Shown one piece after another: positions 60,900 through 64,000 of a stretch of DNA of 64,000 bases. Below the pieces are notes generated by a model. That model saw nothing but the letters and a program-made list of their open reading frames with translations, was not told the DNA's origin and ran no database searches. Both the position numbers and the translations under genes were made by a program. How positions within the stretch are numbered: the first letter of the stretch is position 1; the number at the start of each line of letters is the position of its first letter. The stretch comes from Chiloscyllium plagiosum (lineage: Eukaryota). The stretch spans positions 88,926,229 to 88,990,228 of the forward strand of contig NC_057718.1 in NCBI RefSeq assembly GCF_004010195.1, written 5' to 3'.

Positions 60900-62650
60900 G
60901 TTCAGGTTCTCAAAAATGAGAGCCCTCCTTAAAGTCTTAGCGACAAGGCCGATTGCATCATTCAATAAATGACATCTTGTTTCAGGCAAGAATCTCTTCT
61001 TATTAGCTGACAAAGTGGTTTTCCTTGACCATACCAGACCAAGTGGGTCCTGTAATTCTATGGGGGAAATGAGAATAGTGACAGCAAATTGACTTTATAG
61101 TGGGCAATAGCACAGAGACATTGTATGTCTTGAGCACTATGGAATACTAACTCAAATGATGGCGAACAAACAGTGCAGATTATCATTTAACTGCTTCCTA
61201 TAACATCGGCAGCGATGGAAACCTGAAGACATTTTTTTGAACCAGGCAGAGATTAGATTAGATTCCCTACAGTGTGGAAATAGGCCCTTCGGCCCAACCA
61301 GTCCACACTGACCCTCTGAAGAGCAACCCACCCAGACTCATTTCTCTCTGACTAATGCGCCTAACAATATGGGCAATTTAGCATGGCCAATTCACCTGAC
61401 CTGCACATCTTTGGACTTTAATAATCCTACAGGAGGGAATCTTGTAGCAAGATTCAATTAGGTAGAATGTCCAGTCAATCATAAAAATGTTTCAGACAGA
61501 CCTGGTAAGAGAAGTGCAACAGCAGGTGACCACTTGGAACTCCCAGGAGCTGGACCGAGGAGCTGGAGTATTAGTCACTCCAATGCAGTTGCAAATTGCA
61601 TTAGGTGTTGGTGGTGTCTAGGAACAGTTCCAAGTCAGGTTGTCAGCCAGAGAATGAATGGACATTGGCAACTCCTTGAGCAAATGTGAGATCCCTGGTG
61701 GGTAGGAGAACTTATTAAAAATAGTAGGGTTTCACAGACTGTGAAAGCAAGAAGTACTTACAGCTCATATCAGGCCTCACTGTCAGAGGAAGCAGATATC
61801 ATGAGACACAATGACAGTAAGGGAAGTTGAAAAACACTTTAAAACGATGCAAGGATGTTGCAAATTAGAATTTGAGCAAGAACGATGCATTTCAGAAGCC
61901 CGAGCTGACAAGGTCTAACAGACGAAGACAGTTAGAAGATTATTAAGGCCCCAGACGGCCCATTATGAAAACCATAGTAAAGGCTGGAAGCATTTATTCA
62001 AATCATTGATGGCAGGAATCAAAAGCTGTTAAAGGAAGAAGATTCATTGTGTAGAGCTGCAAACAGTGGGAGTAATTTACAGCGAGCATGATTAGAACAG
62101 GAACTATTTGTTAAAGCCATAGGCAGCAAGATTGATAGAGCAAAGCCATGAAGGAAACGGAAATCATTTATTGAGGTTGCGATTAGTGGGATTCCTCCAG
62201 AGAGGGATGAATTCTTCACCTCACTCACAAATTAAAGCAATAACTCCTGCACCGCGGAGAAGGGACGACGAAGGTCCAAAGATTGAGGGCACCATTGAAG
62301 TGATATTGCCTGGTCCAGCGGTACAGGATGCTACAAAAAAAAATTGCCTGTTTCAACACGACAGCTATCCTACAAAAATGAAATTAATAGGATTAAAGGT
62401 CCTTCCAAAATACTGCAATGGAATAATCAGAGATGTCAACAGGAAAGACGTTCCCTGTGCAGAAAAGCCACGAAGTTCAAGGTCCGCCATTTTAAAGGGA
62501 CTTTTAGACCTCAGCTTGTGAGGAACAGAATCCAAGTCAACAGCTTTCAGCCCAGAGATCTACTGATGTTCACAGGCAAAAAAAAAATGTTCGGAGAGAT
62601 AATGTAACTCCCAGATCAATTGAATTTGTCAAGTTAGTGACTTGGGGCAG
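60900..62650 (+). mobile_element. Possible heavily decayed Gypsy/Ty3-type pol
   Basis: Short motifs in the expected order: DKVVFLDH (61009-61032, cf. VxFLGH), DRGAGVL (~61552), EVEKHFKT..C (~61823), ELQT..GSN (~62054-62078, cf. QSDxGSNF) and SFQPRDL (~62545). Each motif is weak alone. Confidence 0.4.
61250..61417 (-). mobile_element. HE1-like SINE 3' fragment
   Basis: (GATTA)n tail and shared body. Confidence 0.8.
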
Positions 62651-62724
62651 GTGTGGGACTGGTATGTACAGAGATATATCAATGTTTATAATGAAAACAA
62701 AGAGCTTGGGAGGAGATTTATAAT

Positions 62725-63053
62725 GAATCATAGAATCCCTGGTAATTGGAAAGAGACCCTTTGGCTATCCACATCTACTCTCCATACAGCATGCCACCCA
62801 GACCCAGCTCCCTACCCTATCCCTATAACTGTGCATTTCCCACCTAGCCTGCACATCCCTGGGCAATTTAGCCTGGCCAATCCACCGAACCTGCACATCT
62901 TTGGACTGTGGAAGGAAACTAGAGCACCTGGAGGAAACCCACATGGACAAGGGTAGAATGTGCAAACTCCTCACTGTCAGTCACCCAAAGCTGGAATTGA
63001 ACCTAGTCCCTGGTGCTGTGAGGCAGCAGTGCTAACCACTGAGCCACTGTGCT
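62725..63053 (-). mobile_element. HE1-like SINE
   Basis: Shared body and head. Confidence 0.8.
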
Positions 63054-63776
63054 GTAAGGAGTGGCACGTGATGGTAGAAGGGTCTGAAAGGCTTAGTAAT
63101 GAGGTGTTCCTACAGAGATAGGTTTCTTGGGAGAACAATGTGGGTTCACAAAAGAGTAAGACATACTATCTGGGTTTTAATCATATTATTTGTAACAATG
63201 TCTATCACATCAATGTCAATTGTGTATAATTACTACCATGCAATAGATTAGAATGTTTAAGACGATAAACTATTCTTGTAAGCCTACCTTTTTTCTCTCC
63301 CCCACTAGTCTAAGCAGACCCTGTAGATCTCTAGTGATTGCAAAACCTTAGAGAGAGCAATAGTAGAAAGAACTCACACAACATGATAAGCAGTGGATTG
63401 CCCATGCAGCAGTTCATAAGGTTGACAGAAAAAGCACTACGTCCATGGATTGGTAGCCATTTAGAACCCAGCAATGGATGACCAAGAAACTGGTAAAGAA
63501 AGGTACATGATAATATGAACGTAATGTGATAAGCAACAAAAAAGTGGACTGTAAAAGCTTCTTTCCATATGTACAAGAACAAATGCGGCTCCCTTACAAG
63601 CAGGGACAGGAGAAATTACAATGAAGAGTCAAGAAGCTGAACAACTGCTTTGCGTTTGTCTTCATGGGTGAAGTGACAGATAATCTCCTAGAAATATAAG
63701 GGAAGCAAGGAGCTTATAAAACTGAGGAATGGTAAGAAATTACAATTGATAAAGGTGTAGTATTAAAAAAAAACTG

Positions 63777-64000
63777 GATTCATAGAATCCCCATGCTGTG
63801 GAAGCAGGCCATTTGGCCCATTGAGTCTACAACAACCCTCTAAAGAACATCCCACCAAGACCCAACCCCCTTCCCTATATTTCCCATAGCCAATCCACCT
63901 AACCTGCAGATCTCCGGATTGTGGGAGGAAACCTACACCAATACATGGAGAAAGTGCAAACCCTACCCAGCCACCTGAAGGTGGAATTGAACCTAGGTCC
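63777..64000 (-). mobile_element. HE1-like SINE running off the window edge
   Basis: Shared tail and body. Confidence 0.7.

Noticed and set aside
448..63582. Numerous 60-150 aa ORFs in the track
   Set aside because: They are TE fragments, antisense frames of repeats or chance ORFs without recognisable domains.

Overview
Eukaryotic, repeat-dense vertebrate DNA; the repeat families (HE1-like tRNA SINEs, Deu-domain SINEs, CR1 and Penelope-like elements) point to a shark or other elasmobranch (inference). The only host coding sequence I found is one 200-bp + strand exon (14955-15154) matching coding exon 2 of estrogen receptor alpha (esr1; first zinc finger). The window is therefore probably the end of intron 1, exon 2 and at least 49 kb of intron 2; I did not find exons 1 or 3. 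The introns hold a ~3 kb CR1 ORF2, a Penelope-like (RT + GIY-YIG) retroelement, two decayed PIF/Harbinger transposase loci, a probable decayed Gypsy pol, about 16 SINEs, a tRNA-Val pseudogene and an 11-copy 146-bp higher-order tandem repeat. The most notable pattern is a dense set of short, mostly palindromic insertions from four families, flanked by 8-17 bp target duplications. They carry minimal hammerhead-ribozyme cores (CTGAnGA-stem-GAAA-NNTH), and one family links by sequence to the Penelope-like element. Hammerheads in Penelope-like elements are known; their palindromic packaging, arm-shared variants and presence in the esr1 pre-mRNA are the parts worth testing. Repeat boundaries were read by eye and are approximate.
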